A stretch of DNA of 49,747 nucleotides, from positions 1 to 49,747 of the forward strand of contig JBEIRK010000003.1 of the NCBI GenBank assembly GCA_040376005.1, read 5' to 3'. The notes beneath the pieces are model-generated. The model was not told the DNA's origin. It made no database searches and worked only from the letters and a program-made list of their open reading frames with translations. Below, piece after piece: positions 26,941 to 36,269 of this stretch. Source of the DNA: Flavobacteriales bacterium (GTDB lineage: Bacteria > Bacteroidota > Bacteroidia > NS11-12g > UBA955). Within the stretch, counting starts at the first letter, position 1. Every line of letters starts with the position of its first letter. The translations under genes and the position numbers were made by a program.

Positions 26941-27510
26941 ATGGAAAAGAGTCTAGAAAATATTGTGACCGTTTATGCTGAGGCAACTCCCAATCCGGCG
27001 AGTATGAAGTTTGTGGCAAATAAAATGTTTTTGCCAAACGACAGTGCCGATTTCCGAACGGCTGAAAGTGCAGGACGCAGTCCATTGGCATTGGCTCTTT
27101 TCGAAATGCCTTTTGTGAAAGGCGTGTTTATCATGAACAACTTCGTGTCTATTACCAAAAATGAAGATTACGAGTGGTTCGACTTAATTCCTGATTTAAG
27201 GTCTTTCTTCAAAGAGTGGATTGAGGATGGAAAAGAAATCGTGACCAAAACCCAAGAACTTAGTGAAGAAGAAGAGGGTGAAATCGAACGCAAAATCCGC
27301 CAACTTCTGGATGATCACGTGCGCCCCGCTGTGGAAATGGATGGCGGTGCTATTGATTTTAAGAGTTTCAAAGATGGCATAGTTACGGTTCAAATGAAAG
27401 GCAGTTGCAGCGGTTGCCCGAGCTCTACCATGACACTGAAGGCAGGTATCGAAAACCTTTTGCGCCGAATGGTGCCAGAAGTGCAAAGCGTAGAAGCCGA
27501 AGCAGTCTGA
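26941..27510 (+). CDS. NifU/NfuA family Fe-S cluster carrier (Nfu_N + NifU domain)
   Basis: EATPNPASMKF; VRPAVEMDGG; GSCSGCPSS. Confidence 0.95.
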   Translation: MEKSLENIVTVYAEATPNPASMKFVANKMFLPNDSADFRTAESAGRSPLALALFEMPFVKGVFIMNNFVSITKNEDYEWFDLIPDLRSFFKEWIEDGKEIVTKTQELSEEEEGEIERKIRQLLDDHVRPAVEMDGGAIDFKSFKDGIVTVQMKGSCSGCPSSTMTLKAGIENLLRRMVPEVQSVEAEAV

Positions 27511-27601
27511 GGTTTTTCAACAGTATGTTGAAGATTCTATTATTTTAATGGACGGCTGTTAGGGAAATTCGTCCGGATGTGCTATTTTCGTAATCCGGAG
27601 T

Positions 27602-30517
27602 ATGAGTCTTAATAATATCAGGACAATAGTAATTGTTGCCCTAATGGCATTCGTACATGCTGTTCAGGCTACCACCTTCTATGTGGACGGTGATTTTGGC
27701 AATGATGCGTGGAATGGCAAGTTTGACGCATTTAGCAGTGGGGTAAATGGCCCTAAAAAGACCATTGCAGGTGCCCTCGCTGCTATAAGTGACCTCGATA
27801 TTGTACAGATTACCGGAGGTGCTTACCCAGAGTGTATCATCGTTACTAAGTCTGTTACTTTTAGCTTGCTCGACAATATTTCTGTTACCTGTTTCAGAAT
27901 GAACGGTGTTGGAAAGCGCGCTACAATTCTCGGCGGTCGTGACTTTATTGTTACCGACAGTCTGCGGCTCATCAACGGTATTATCGATGCCTCAGGCACC
28001 AATAACAATCTCGTTGCTGGGTTCAAGTGTACCGTTTCAGGTGGTTCTCGCACCTCGTTTGTAGACAATAAATTGCACCGGGTCAATAACCTTTCGGTAG
28101 TTGCTGATATGTACTTCCCTATCGGCACTGGCGGCGATTTTAGGCCTGTGTATTGCTCGTTTAAACAGAGTACTACAACACAAAACCGATATTGGGCCAC
28201 CGCCTTTGCGGTACCCATTGCTCCCGTGAATCTACCTCCTGGGATTAAGAATATTTCAAAGGTGCATTATTGGCATTTCCGACACCAAAATCTATCTACC
28301 CCTAGCGGGTTTAGGTATCAGGTACAATACGATTCTACAAAAAACGATGATGAAGTTTTCGATCCCTCCAAACTGCGATTGGTGGCATACCAGCCTTTGA
28401 TTAGCGCGTTTATTAATCTGGGTGGGGTAGGCAATACCCGCTTCTTGGGTACGATCAAAGCGTCGAATACCAGCGATACCGCGGGAATCTTTACCCTTGC
28501 CAATGTGGTTGGTGGCACAAATACACTCGGTCGCCGCGAGCCAGTCGCTAAGTTCGGCTGGACCGGTAAATGTGTAAATGCGCCGATTCAATTTCGCGAT
28601 AGCTCCTTCACGTTCAAGTCTACGATAAATAAATGGCGCTGGGATTTCGGTGTGCCTGGTAATGCAGATACTTCTACACTTAGGAATCCTAAGTTTACCT
28701 TTACTTCCCCAGGGCCATTTGATGTGCGTTTGATTGTAACCAATACACTGAATTTGTTGGATACCATTACCATCCCCATTACCCTTAAAAATGGTCCAGA
28801 TGCATTTTTTGCAAAAGGAGACGATTGTTTTGGAAAGCCGCTAAGTTTTATCGATGGTTCTACAATACCATCTCCGGATACCATTACCACACGTGCATGG
28901 CGACTGGGTGATGGGAACAACCGCAGTGGTTTGGCATTTAATTACCAATATGCCAGCCCCGGTAAGTATACCGTAACCTTAATCACCACCTCAAATTCGG
29001 GCTGTATTGATACCTTTATCAAGGTTATCAATATCTACAAAAAACCAACGCCTAATTTCATTACCAACAATACCTGCCAGTTCGACACGACCGTGTTTAC
29101 CGGCTTGGGTGGGTCTGTTGGCGACACGATTAAAACCTGGTCTTGGATTGTAAATAGCGCAGCTTCCGGCTCAGGAAAAGTGTGGAAGCAGGTATTCCCA
29201 AGTTCTGGAACCTACCAATTGGGTTTGGCAGTTGAAGCGCAAAGCGGTTGCAAAGACACGTTTAACCGCGCTGTAATCATATATGCACTGCCCAAAGCGT
29301 CATTCTACTTGGATAAAGCTATTGTTCCCAATGACTCTATTCAGTGTTACCGCGGCAACTTGTTTAGCTTCAAAAATGCATCGACTGCGCAGCAGGGACA
29401 AGTGATCACACCTGTATTTTCATGGGGTTCGCCTTTCAAAGTGGGGACCAATGTGGGTCAGCGCACAGAAAGTGGCTCTTTCACTGTAAAATTGCTTGCT
29501 GTTACGGATAGAGGGTGTCGCGATAGTGTTACCCAAACGTATCGGGTTAAGGACTCTGTCGGAATTAAGTTTGGCGTAGCCACTTATTGTTTGCCAAAAC
29601 CTGCAGAATTTTCAGACAGCTCTTCGGCATTGCCTGCCGCAATAACTTCTAGAACTTGGCGATTTGGCAATGGCCAGTCAGGTGCGGGTGTCACTGCTAC
29701 CCATGCCTATGCGAGTGGGGGGAATTATGCGGTTCGATTGATTGTTGGCACCAATGATGGCTGTCAGGATAGCCTTACAAGAAATATTGTACTTACCAAT
29801 GCGCCCACCATCAATTTGGTGAGTAGCAGCAACAATCCAGTGTGTGAGGGAGATTCTTTCCGCACCCGCGCCAACGGTGGGGCCTACGTAAAATGGGATG
29901 ATGGAGATACCTCCAGAACACGCTACTTTAAGACGCCAGGAACTCAAAGAGTTACTGCATATACCAGTCCTTTCTGCTTTGTTGTCGATAGTGTGGTAGT
30001 AAAGCGGCATCCTCCTGTGTTTGCTGATGCAGGGAAGGATACTGCACTGATCAGAGGCAGATATATCACGCTGAAAGGTGATGGAGGAATTACATACGAA
30101 TGGTTGCCTCGCACCGAGGTAGAAAGTCCTGATTCCGTTCGCACCCGTGTAAGACCTCAGGAAAACACCACCTATTATCTCAAGGTTACAGATGGAAATG
30201 GCTGCATAGATTTTGATTCTGTTAAAGTGCGGGTTGTTGAGCCTTTGTTTATACGGATACCCAATATGATTACCCCCAATGGTGATGGTAAGAATGACCA
30301 ATGGGACTTGCGTGAAGTACCCAATATTGAAATCGGTAAAGTGAGTATTTTTAATAGCGTGGGTGAATTGGTATACCAGCAGACTTCGGGTTACAACCAC
30401 ACTTGGGTGGGTACCGATAAAACAGGATACCCATTGCCGGCAGGTAATTACTTGTACACTATAGAAGTTCCAACAGAAAAAGAGCCCTTTAGAGGGTATT
30501 TGCATATCGCCTACTAA
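27602..30517 (+). CDS. PKD-repeat surface protein with gliding-motility-associated (T9SS type B) CTD
   Basis: signal peptide; FYVDG...GND start motif; several PKD-like repeats (WRWDFG, WRLGDG, WRFGNG); IPNMITPNGDGKND...W.G...LP.G.Y.Y...GYLHI. Confidence 0.9.
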   Translation: MSLNNIRTIVIVALMAFVHAVQATTFYVDGDFGNDAWNGKFDAFSSGVNGPKKTIAGALAAISDLDIVQITGGAYPECIIVTKSVTFSLLDNISVTCFRMNGVGKRATILGGRDFIVTDSLRLINGIIDASGTNNNLVAGFKCTVSGGSRTSFVDNKLHRVNNLSVVADMYFPIGTGGDFRPVYCSFKQSTTTQNRYWATAFAVPIAPVNLPPGIKNISKVHYWHFRHQNLSTPSGFRYQVQYDSTKNDDEVFDPSKLRLVAYQPLISAFINLGGVGNTRFLGTIKASNTSDTAGIFTLANVVGGTNTLGRREPVAKFGWTGKCVNAPIQFRDSSFTFKSTINKWRWDFGVPGNADTSTLRNPKFTFTSPGPFDVRLIVTNTLNLLDTITIPITLKNGPDAFFAKGDDCFGKPLSFIDGSTIPSPDTITTRAWRLGDGNNRSGLAFNYQYASPGKYTVTLITTSNSGCIDTFIKVINIYKKPTPNFITNNTCQFDTTVFTGLGGSVGDTIKTWSWIVNSAASGSGKVWKQVFPSSGTYQLGLAVEAQSGCKDTFNRAVIIYALPKASFYLDKAIVPNDSIQCYRGNLFSFKNASTAQQGQVITPVFSWGSPFKVGTNVGQRTESGSFTVKLLAVTDRGCRDSVTQTYRVKDSVGIKFGVATYCLPKPAEFSDSSSALPAAITSRTWRFGNGQSGAGVTATHAYASGGNYAVRLIVGTNDGCQDSLTRNIVLTNAPTINLVSSSNNPVCEGDSFRTRANGGAYVKWDDGDTSRTRYFKTPGTQRVTAYTSPFCFVVDSVVVKRHPPVFADAGKDTALIRGRYITLKGDGGITYEWLPRTEVESPDSVRTRVRPQENTTYYLKVTDGNGCIDFDSVKVRVVEPLFIRIPNMITPNGDGKNDQWDLREVPNIEIGKVSIFNSVGELVYQQTSGYNHTWVGTDKTGYPLPAGNYLYTIEVPTEKEPFRGYLHIAY

Positions 30518-31914
30518 TGAAGAAGCTATTCCCCCTCATCGCAATTCTTGGATTGGTCGGCACCAGTAGTGCACAATTGGCCACCCGCATAGATCAGTAT
30601 TATCAAGACTGGAGTTTAATAAACCCAGCAGCGTTAAATGCTACGAATAAGTCTCAGGTAAGTTTGTTTTACAATCGCTTGTTTACCGGAATAAAAGGCA
30701 GTCCTACCAATTTGATGGCTAGCGCTACCTTCCCAAATCCGGATAAGCGCGTGGGGCTTGGCTTTAACTTGGGTCAAGAAAAAGTTGGGTTCTCTACCCT
30801 TACCAATGGCTATGTTTCGTATGCCTATACATTGCCATTTTCCAAACGGAACCGTCTGCATGCAGCTGCTTCCTTGGGAATGCTGTCACAGCGGTTTAAC
30901 CCCAATGCTATTGATGTTATCAGTCAGGACGATCCCTATTATTTGAGTTTGCAGCAGGGCAAAACCATAAATCGATTGGATTTCCGACTGTCATTGTGTT
31001 ATCAATTAAGCGGATTTTTGTTTGGGGTTTCTAGTGGAAGGTTAAATAAACCGCGGTTTGATTTTGACTATTATAATTACACTGCTCAGTATCAACTAGC
31101 CAATACCCAGAATGCATTTGTTTCTGTCAAATTCAAGTTGAATCGAGACTTGTTATTGCACCCTGTAATGAGTGTGAGTTCGTACAATTTTAAAAATGCC
31201 TTATTGCAATATGGTGCCAATTTGACCTTGAAGGATGTGGTGTCTATTGGAATTCATAGTGCGGGAAATAAGAACATATCCCTGCAAATTGGAGGTACCG
31301 TGAGAAATACCATCAAGATCGGATACTCATATTCTATGCCCTATGCTGCAGAAAGTAAACTGTTGGGTAGTGGCCATGAATTCTATACTGCGATTCAGTT
31401 GGGTAGGACCTCGGATCTGGTTTCGGATATTGATTATGACGCGATTGCATTTCAAATAGCCGCTGGGGATTCAACATATACAGAGGATACAGATGACGGC
31501 AAGGTGCAGCCAAAGAAACAGGCAGCCAACGCGGGTAACTCTGCGAATGTGATTTCTGTAGAGACAATAAAGCTTCGCAACGATACGATTGTTATAAGCT
31601 CTTTCGAGGAAATGAAGTTCTTAAAAAGTGGCTATGATACGAGTAAAATAATGCTAAAGTCTTTAGAACGCGACTATCCGAAAAACGGCTATTATGTTAC
31701 AATTGGGGTCTTTAAAAATGAAAGTAATGCCAATAAGCATATTAAAAACATGTATGCTAAAGGGGTAACTGCATATAAATTTTTCATGCCTGAAAACCAA
31801 TACTATTACGTCTATATTTTTAGGAGTGATACTCCAGAAGAAGCCGATGAAATCAAGTGGCAGGAGCAACCCAATATCTTGGATATTTGGACCCGCCGTG
31901 TTTACCATCGGTAA
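30517..31914 (+). CDS. PorP/SprF family T9SS outer-membrane protein with C-terminal SPOR-like domain
   Basis: QYY...INPA, GIKGSP, YAYTL, IGYSY, GHEF; C-terminal YYVTIGVFKNESNA...YYVYI; TAATG-coupled to type B cargo. Confidence 0.85.
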   Translation: MKKLFPLIAILGLVGTSSAQLATRIDQYYQDWSLINPAALNATNKSQVSLFYNRLFTGIKGSPTNLMASATFPNPDKRVGLGFNLGQEKVGFSTLTNGYVSYAYTLPFSKRNRLHAAASLGMLSQRFNPNAIDVISQDDPYYLSLQQGKTINRLDFRLSLCYQLSGFLFGVSSGRLNKPRFDFDYYNYTAQYQLANTQNAFVSVKFKLNRDLLLHPVMSVSSYNFKNALLQYGANLTLKDVVSIGIHSAGNKNISLQIGGTVRNTIKIGYSYSMPYAAESKLLGSGHEFYTAIQLGRTSDLVSDIDYDAIAFQIAAGDSTYTEDTDDGKVQPKKQAANAGNSANVISVETIKLRNDTIVISSFEEMKFLKSGYDTSKIMLKSLERDYPKNGYYVTIGVFKNESNANKHIKNMYAKGVTAYKFFMPENQYYYVYIFRSDTPEEADEIKWQEQPNILDIWTRRVYHR

Positions 31915-31964
31915 TTGGATTTTTTGGTTATTTACTTTTTTTGTGGCAATTTGCCACTTTCCTT

Positions 31965-33860
31965 ATGACAATTACGAGCAAATCTCAGCTACATGACCCT
32001 GGCTTTCCCTCATTGCATGCCATGTTTTTGCATGCCGCAAACACAATAAACAAGCCAGAAGACACCTATTTGATTCGCAAAGAAAAAGGGGTGTGGAATG
32101 AAATAAGTTATGCCGAAGTATTAGATAAGGCCAGCTGCCTAGGATCTTATTTTTTGGAAAATGGACTCCAAAAAGGGGATAGGGTGGCTATGGTAATGGA
32201 AAATTCTCCTGAATTTTATTTTATTGACCAGGCCTTACAGAAGTTGGGCATGATCAATATTTCAATTTATCCAACACTCACAGCGGATGAAACGGCATTT
32301 ATTTTAAATGATAGTGGTGCCAAAATCTTATTTACAGGGAATCATTTTCTGCTGAAAAAGTTTAAGAAAGTAGAGACCATGTGTCCTGATGTATTGCGCA
32401 TAATCTCAATGCCCGAAGACATTGATACCAATGATAAGTTTCTAACCTTTAGCCAGGCGCTAGAAATAGGCCGTTCCAATAAAGAGAAATGGAATGATAC
32501 AGCCGAATCAATGTATGCGCAGGTGACTCGGGATGATATTGCCACTTTTATCTATACCAGCGGAACAACCGGTGTGCCTAAGGGCGCCATGTTGACCCAC
32601 GGTAATTTTCTCACCAATTGCTTTGATGCCATTGATTTGGTACCAGACATCAATAAACACGACCGTTACTTGAGTTTTCTACCCTTAAGTCACGTTTACG
32701 AACGCATGGCTACCAACTATTTAAGTCAGTATGTAGGGGCACAAATTGCGTTTTCAGAATCTGTTGACAAGGTGGCGCAGAACATTAACGAAGTGAACCC
32801 TACGCTTATGGCGTGCGTGCCAAGGCTGTTGGAACGCATACACGATAAAGTGGCTAAGAATGCAAAGGAATCTGGTAAGGTGAAATTTGCCATATTTAGA
32901 TGGGCACTGCGTGTAGGTGATAAAGTACGCAGGCTTAAAGAAGAGGGTAAAACCCCGGGTCCATTGTTGGCATTGTCCTACTCCATTGGCGAAAAATTGG
33001 TGTATTCTAAGATCAAAGCAAAGATGGGTGGAAGAATGAAGTTGTTTGTCAGTGGTGGTGGTGCGTTGCCCCCACATGTAGGAGAGTTCTTTGCCAATTT
33101 GGGACTGAAAGTTCAGGAAGGTTTTGGCCTAACTGAAACCTCACCATTTATGACTGTAAATGAATTTCACCGTCAATTGTATGGCACGGTGGGACGGGTG
33201 GCGCCTCGCCAACAGGTGGCTATTCAGAATATTGATACGAAAGAGATGATTACAGTGCAGGACTATTTTTCTTTTGATCCAAACTTTGCTTGTGAAGAGG
33301 GAGAAATATTGGCCAAGGGCCCGAATATTATGAAAGGCTATTGGAACAAACCCGATGAAACCGCCAATGTGTTTGATGCAGAAGGCTGGTTTCACACAGG
33401 GGATATCGGACGTTTTGATAGAGGGTATTTGAAAATTACGGATCGCCTGAAAAATATGTTGGTTACCAGTTTGGGTAAGAATATTTATCCTACCCAGTTG
33501 GAAAACAACTTCTTAAGAAGCTCTAGAATAGAACAAATATTCATCATAGGAGACAAGCGGGAATTTGTGACAGCCATTATAGTTCCGAACCGTGAAGACA
33601 TGCAACCAGAACTTGGTTTGCCTGATAGCTATTTTGTGGAAAATGATCCTTTTGTACAGGATGAAAAAGTGATTGCCTGGGTGGCGGGTGAGGTAAAACG
33701 TTTGAATGAGAATGTGGCCAAATTTGAACGCGTTAAGGAGTTCCTTGTGAAGCGCAATCCCTTTAGTGTTGAGGATGGTGATATGACTATTACACTGAAA
33801 ATCAAGCGCAAAGTAGTTATGGAGAAGTTCGCTGATTACATTGAGGGTCTGTACAATTAA
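31965..33860 (+). CDS. long-chain fatty acid--CoA ligase (AMP-binding)
   Basis: IYTSGTTGVPKG, LPLSHVYER, EGFGLTETSP, WFHTGDIG, ITDRLK; ATG 31965 preferred. Confidence 0.93.
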   Translation: MTITSKSQLHDPGFPSLHAMFLHAANTINKPEDTYLIRKEKGVWNEISYAEVLDKASCLGSYFLENGLQKGDRVAMVMENSPEFYFIDQALQKLGMINISIYPTLTADETAFILNDSGAKILFTGNHFLLKKFKKVETMCPDVLRIISMPEDIDTNDKFLTFSQALEIGRSNKEKWNDTAESMYAQVTRDDIATFIYTSGTTGVPKGAMLTHGNFLTNCFDAIDLVPDINKHDRYLSFLPLSHVYERMATNYLSQYVGAQIAFSESVDKVAQNINEVNPTLMACVPRLLERIHDKVAKNAKESGKVKFAIFRWALRVGDKVRRLKEEGKTPGPLLALSYSIGEKLVYSKIKAKMGGRMKLFVSGGGALPPHVGEFFANLGLKVQEGFGLTETSPFMTVNEFHRQLYGTVGRVAPRQQVAIQNIDTKEMITVQDYFSFDPNFACEEGEILAKGPNIMKGYWNKPDETANVFDAEGWFHTGDIGRFDRGYLKITDRLKNMLVTSLGKNIYPTQLENNFLRSSRIEQIFIIGDKREFVTAIIVPNREDMQPELGLPDSYFVENDPFVQDEKVIAWVAGEVKRLNENVAKFERVKEFLVKRNPFSVEDGDMTITLKIKRKVVMEKFADYIEGLYN

Positions 33861-33956
33861 ATAGGCATTTGGGCAATTTGTACATACAACTTGTATAAAA
33901 AAAGCTCAATGAGATAATGAGAATCACTTATTTTTGCCACAAATCCGGAAACGAAC

Positions 33957-34982
33957 GTGGAATTAAGTCTAACCCTTTTCTTCTCTATGATCTCTGGATG
34001 CAGTATCGGTGCCTATCTGTTTATGAAATTGGCGCACCGTTATGGACTGCATGATCATCCAAATGGGAGAAGCTCCCATCGACAGCCTACAGTGACAGGT
34101 ATGGGCATTATTCTCGTGCTTGCTTTCATCATTTATTTGTTTTGGCAACCCTTTGAACTCTCGGGTTTATTTGTGTTGGGATTTTTTCTGCTCACGAGTA
34201 TCAGTTTCCTAGATGATTTGTTTTTCTTAAAGCATAGTTTCCGACTTGCCGTGCAGGTATTGGCTGTATCCATTATGGTAAGCCAGTTGCCCTTTCAGTC
34301 ATTTCAATCTTATGGTCCTGAGGCAATCGCATTAGGCATCGCTGCGATTATATTTGGAGTTGGGGTCCTCAACGCCTACAATTTCATGGACGGCATTAAT
34401 GGCATGCTCACGCTTCACTGTATTTTAGTGTTGTCATCGTTTCTGTACCTAAATGAGACCCTTGTTGGCCAACAAGGTCAGGCGTTACACTTTACCAATT
34501 CGCACTTCCTTATTGCAATATTGGTTCCACTAGGAATTTTTGGTGCATTCAATATCCGCACCAGGGCTTTGGCTTTTATTGGTGATGTGGGAAGTATCGG
34601 CATTGCGTTTATCATTTTATACCTCATGTACAATCTGCTGTTAACGACGGGTAATTACGCTTACCTGCTGTTGTTTAGCGTATTTGGTGCTGACGCAGGC
34701 CTTACGGTGGTATACAAACTTATTCTAAGAGAGAACATTTTTGTGCCTCATAGGGATTTCCTATTCAAACGATTGGTTCATTTGCGCAAATGGCCGCATT
34801 TAACGGTGAGCTTCATTTATTTTGGAGTACAGATGGTAATCAACACTGTAGTGATCTTGGCATTACCTAAAACGCCCAAACTAAGCACCCAGATGTCTAT
34901 GTTGTTTATAGTAATGGTGGCATTGGTAGCTGTTTATATTGCCATGCAGAGCACATTTAGGCGTTCTAAGTCTGCGGAGTAA
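33957..34982 (+). CDS. MraY/WecA-like glycosyltransferase family 4 (polyprenyl-phosphate HexNAc-1-P transferase)
   Basis: DHPNGRSSH, SFLDD, NAYNFMDGING, FIGDVGS, ENIFVPHR; polytopic membrane protein. Confidence 0.9.
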   Translation: MELSLTLFFSMISGCSIGAYLFMKLAHRYGLHDHPNGRSSHRQPTVTGMGIILVLAFIIYLFWQPFELSGLFVLGFFLLTSISFLDDLFFLKHSFRLAVQVLAVSIMVSQLPFQSFQSYGPEAIALGIAAIIFGVGVLNAYNFMDGINGMLTLHCILVLSSFLYLNETLVGQQGQALHFTNSHFLIAILVPLGIFGAFNIRTRALAFIGDVGSIGIAFIILYLMYNLLLTTGNYAYLLLFSVFGADAGLTVVYKLILRENIFVPHRDFLFKRLVHLRKWPHLTVSFIYFGVQMVINTVVILALPKTPKLSTQMSMLFIVMVALVAVYIAMQSTFRRSKSAE

Positions 34983-35084
34983 AAAAATAAAACAAACATC
35001 CAACCCAATAGAACTCAATGCAGTAGAGGGTTAGATTGTGTTTTTTGAAGGGTGTGTGAGAGATTTTTAAAAAAAAAATAAAAA

Positions 35085-35118
35085 TATTTTGCAAAATAAC
35101 TTTGTGCGCTTATTTTTG
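35085..35118 (+). promoter_or_regulatory. promoter (-33 TTTG within a 14-bp palindrome; -7 TATTTTTG)
   Basis: TATTTTGCAAAATA 35085-35098, 19-nt spacer from TTTG to TATTTTTG 35111-35118. Confidence 0.6.
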
Positions 35119-35146
35119 CGGCACATTTAATCAGGAAGTAAACAAA

Positions 35147-35350
35147 ATGAAAAAGATCTATTTCGCTATCGCTGCTTGCGCTATCTTCGCTTTCGCGGCT
35201 TGCTCAGGTTCAACTGAAACATCTAACGCTGACACTGCTGCTGCTGCAGACACTACTGCTGCTGCTCCAGAAGCTGCTGCTACTGTTGACACTGCTGCTG
35301 CAACTGTTGACACTGCTGCTAAGACTGAAGCTCCTGCTAAGAAGGACTAA
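35147..35350 (+). CDS. small Ala/Thr/Asp-rich lipoprotein (67 aa)
   Basis: MKKIYF...FAA-C lipobox; strong GCT/ACT/GAC codon bias; own promoter and terminator. Confidence 0.85.
   Translation: MKKIYFAIAACAIFAFAACSGSTETSNADTAAAADTTAAAPEAAATVDTAAATVDTAAKTEAPAKKD
35273..35320 (+). repeat. 21-bp coding tandem repeat (AAATVDT x2)
   Basis: GCTGCTGCTACTGTTGACACT / GCTGCTGCAACTGTTGACACT / GCTGCT. Confidence 0.85.
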
Positions 35351-35371
35351 TTCAAGCGAACTCAAGAAATT

Positions 35372-35401
35372 AAAAAGGCACTTGCAAAAGTGCCTTTTTT
35401 T
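35372..35401 (+). terminator. rho-independent terminator
   Basis: AAAAAGGCACTT-GCAA-AAGTGCCTTTTTT. Confidence 0.9.
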
Positions 35402-35430
35402 GTTTTATATTTGCAAAGAGGGGAAATCAA

Positions 35431-35778
35431 TTGAAGAAAATCGCACTTATACTGCTCATGCTTACGCCGCTGTTCACCGCAGTCCAAGCCTCTGGCCCTG
35501 TGGCTACTGGTCCTTCTTTTACCATTAACCCAAATCCTGTTAACGGATCTTACTTTAATGTAAATCTGGATTTTACAGAAACACAGTATCCTGCTGCAAG
35601 TATTGTTATCTCTAACGTGCTTGGTCAAGTTGTATACAACTATCCACTCAAGCCAACAGATTTCGCCAATGGCCACGTGCGCATCGAACTTTCTGATGCG
35701 AAGTTGGACAAAGGTGTTTATTTTGTGCAAATCAAAAGTGGTGAATCTACCAAAACCCAAAAATTAGCGGTTCGCTAA
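35431..35778 (+). CDS. stand-alone T9SS type A CTD protein
   Basis: signal peptide, then INPNPV...ISNVLGQVV...LDKGVYFVQI...TQKLAVR; -7 element TATATTTG at 35406-35413. Confidence 0.85.
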   Translation: MKKIALILLMLTPLFTAVQASGPVATGPSFTINPNPVNGSYFNVNLDFTETQYPAASIVISNVLGQVVYNYPLKPTDFANGHVRIELSDAKLDKGVYFVQIKSGESTKTQKLAVR

Positions 35779-35780
35779 TT

Positions 35781-36269
35781 ATGAACGGTACTCCCGTTTC
35801 ACTTTCAACGCCCATTATTCGACCTGCATCATTCGAAGATGCTGATGGTATCTTTCAACTCATCCATGAATTGGCAGTTTATGAGAAAGCACCTCATGAA
35901 GTTATAAATACTGCTGAAGCCATTCGCTTACACGGCTGGGGGGCAACACCTTTGTTTCACTGTTGGGTTGCCTCCATGGAAAACACCATCGTGGGTATGG
36001 CTCTTTGCTATGTCCGCTATTCTACTTGGAAAGGCCCTGTGCTCTATTTGGAAGATATTGTAGTCAATGAAGCCCACAGAGGAAAAGGTATTGGGAAGGA
36101 GCTTTTCGCAGCTTGCGTACAATTTGGCAGAGAAAACAACTATCCGCGCATGACATGGCAGGTTTTGGATTGGAATGAACCTGCGATTCGCTTTTATGAG
36201 AAGTATGGTGTTAAGTTTGATGCAGAATGGTTAAACTGTAGCATCGACCTTCATGAACCTCTGGCGTGA
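35781..36269 (+). CDS. GNAT N-acetyltransferase (SSAT-like)
   Basis: IHELAVYEK, YSTWKG, LYLEDIVV, HRGKGIG, VLDWNEPAIRFY. Confidence 0.93.
   Translation: MNGTPVSLSTPIIRPASFEDADGIFQLIHELAVYEKAPHEVINTAEAIRLHGWGATPLFHCWVASMENTIVGMALCYVRYSTWKGPVLYLEDIVVNEAHRGKGIGKELFAACVQFGRENNYPRMTWQVLDWNEPAIRFYEKYGVKFDAEWLNCSIDLHEPLA

Noticed and set aside
27513-27533. TTCAACA-GTA-TGTTGAA as DnaA boxes or terminator
   Set aside because: Only two degenerate boxes, weak stem, no proper U-tract
29678-30505. 275-aa antisense ORF inside the PKD gene
   Set aside because: Entirely antisense to a well-supported CDS, no motifs
31857-31964. N-terminal extensions in the ORF track (also 8588, 10717, 18405, 24284, 26845, 35102, 40937, 44369)
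   Set aside because: Upstream of family-typical starts; several use the TTG of the promoter TTTG
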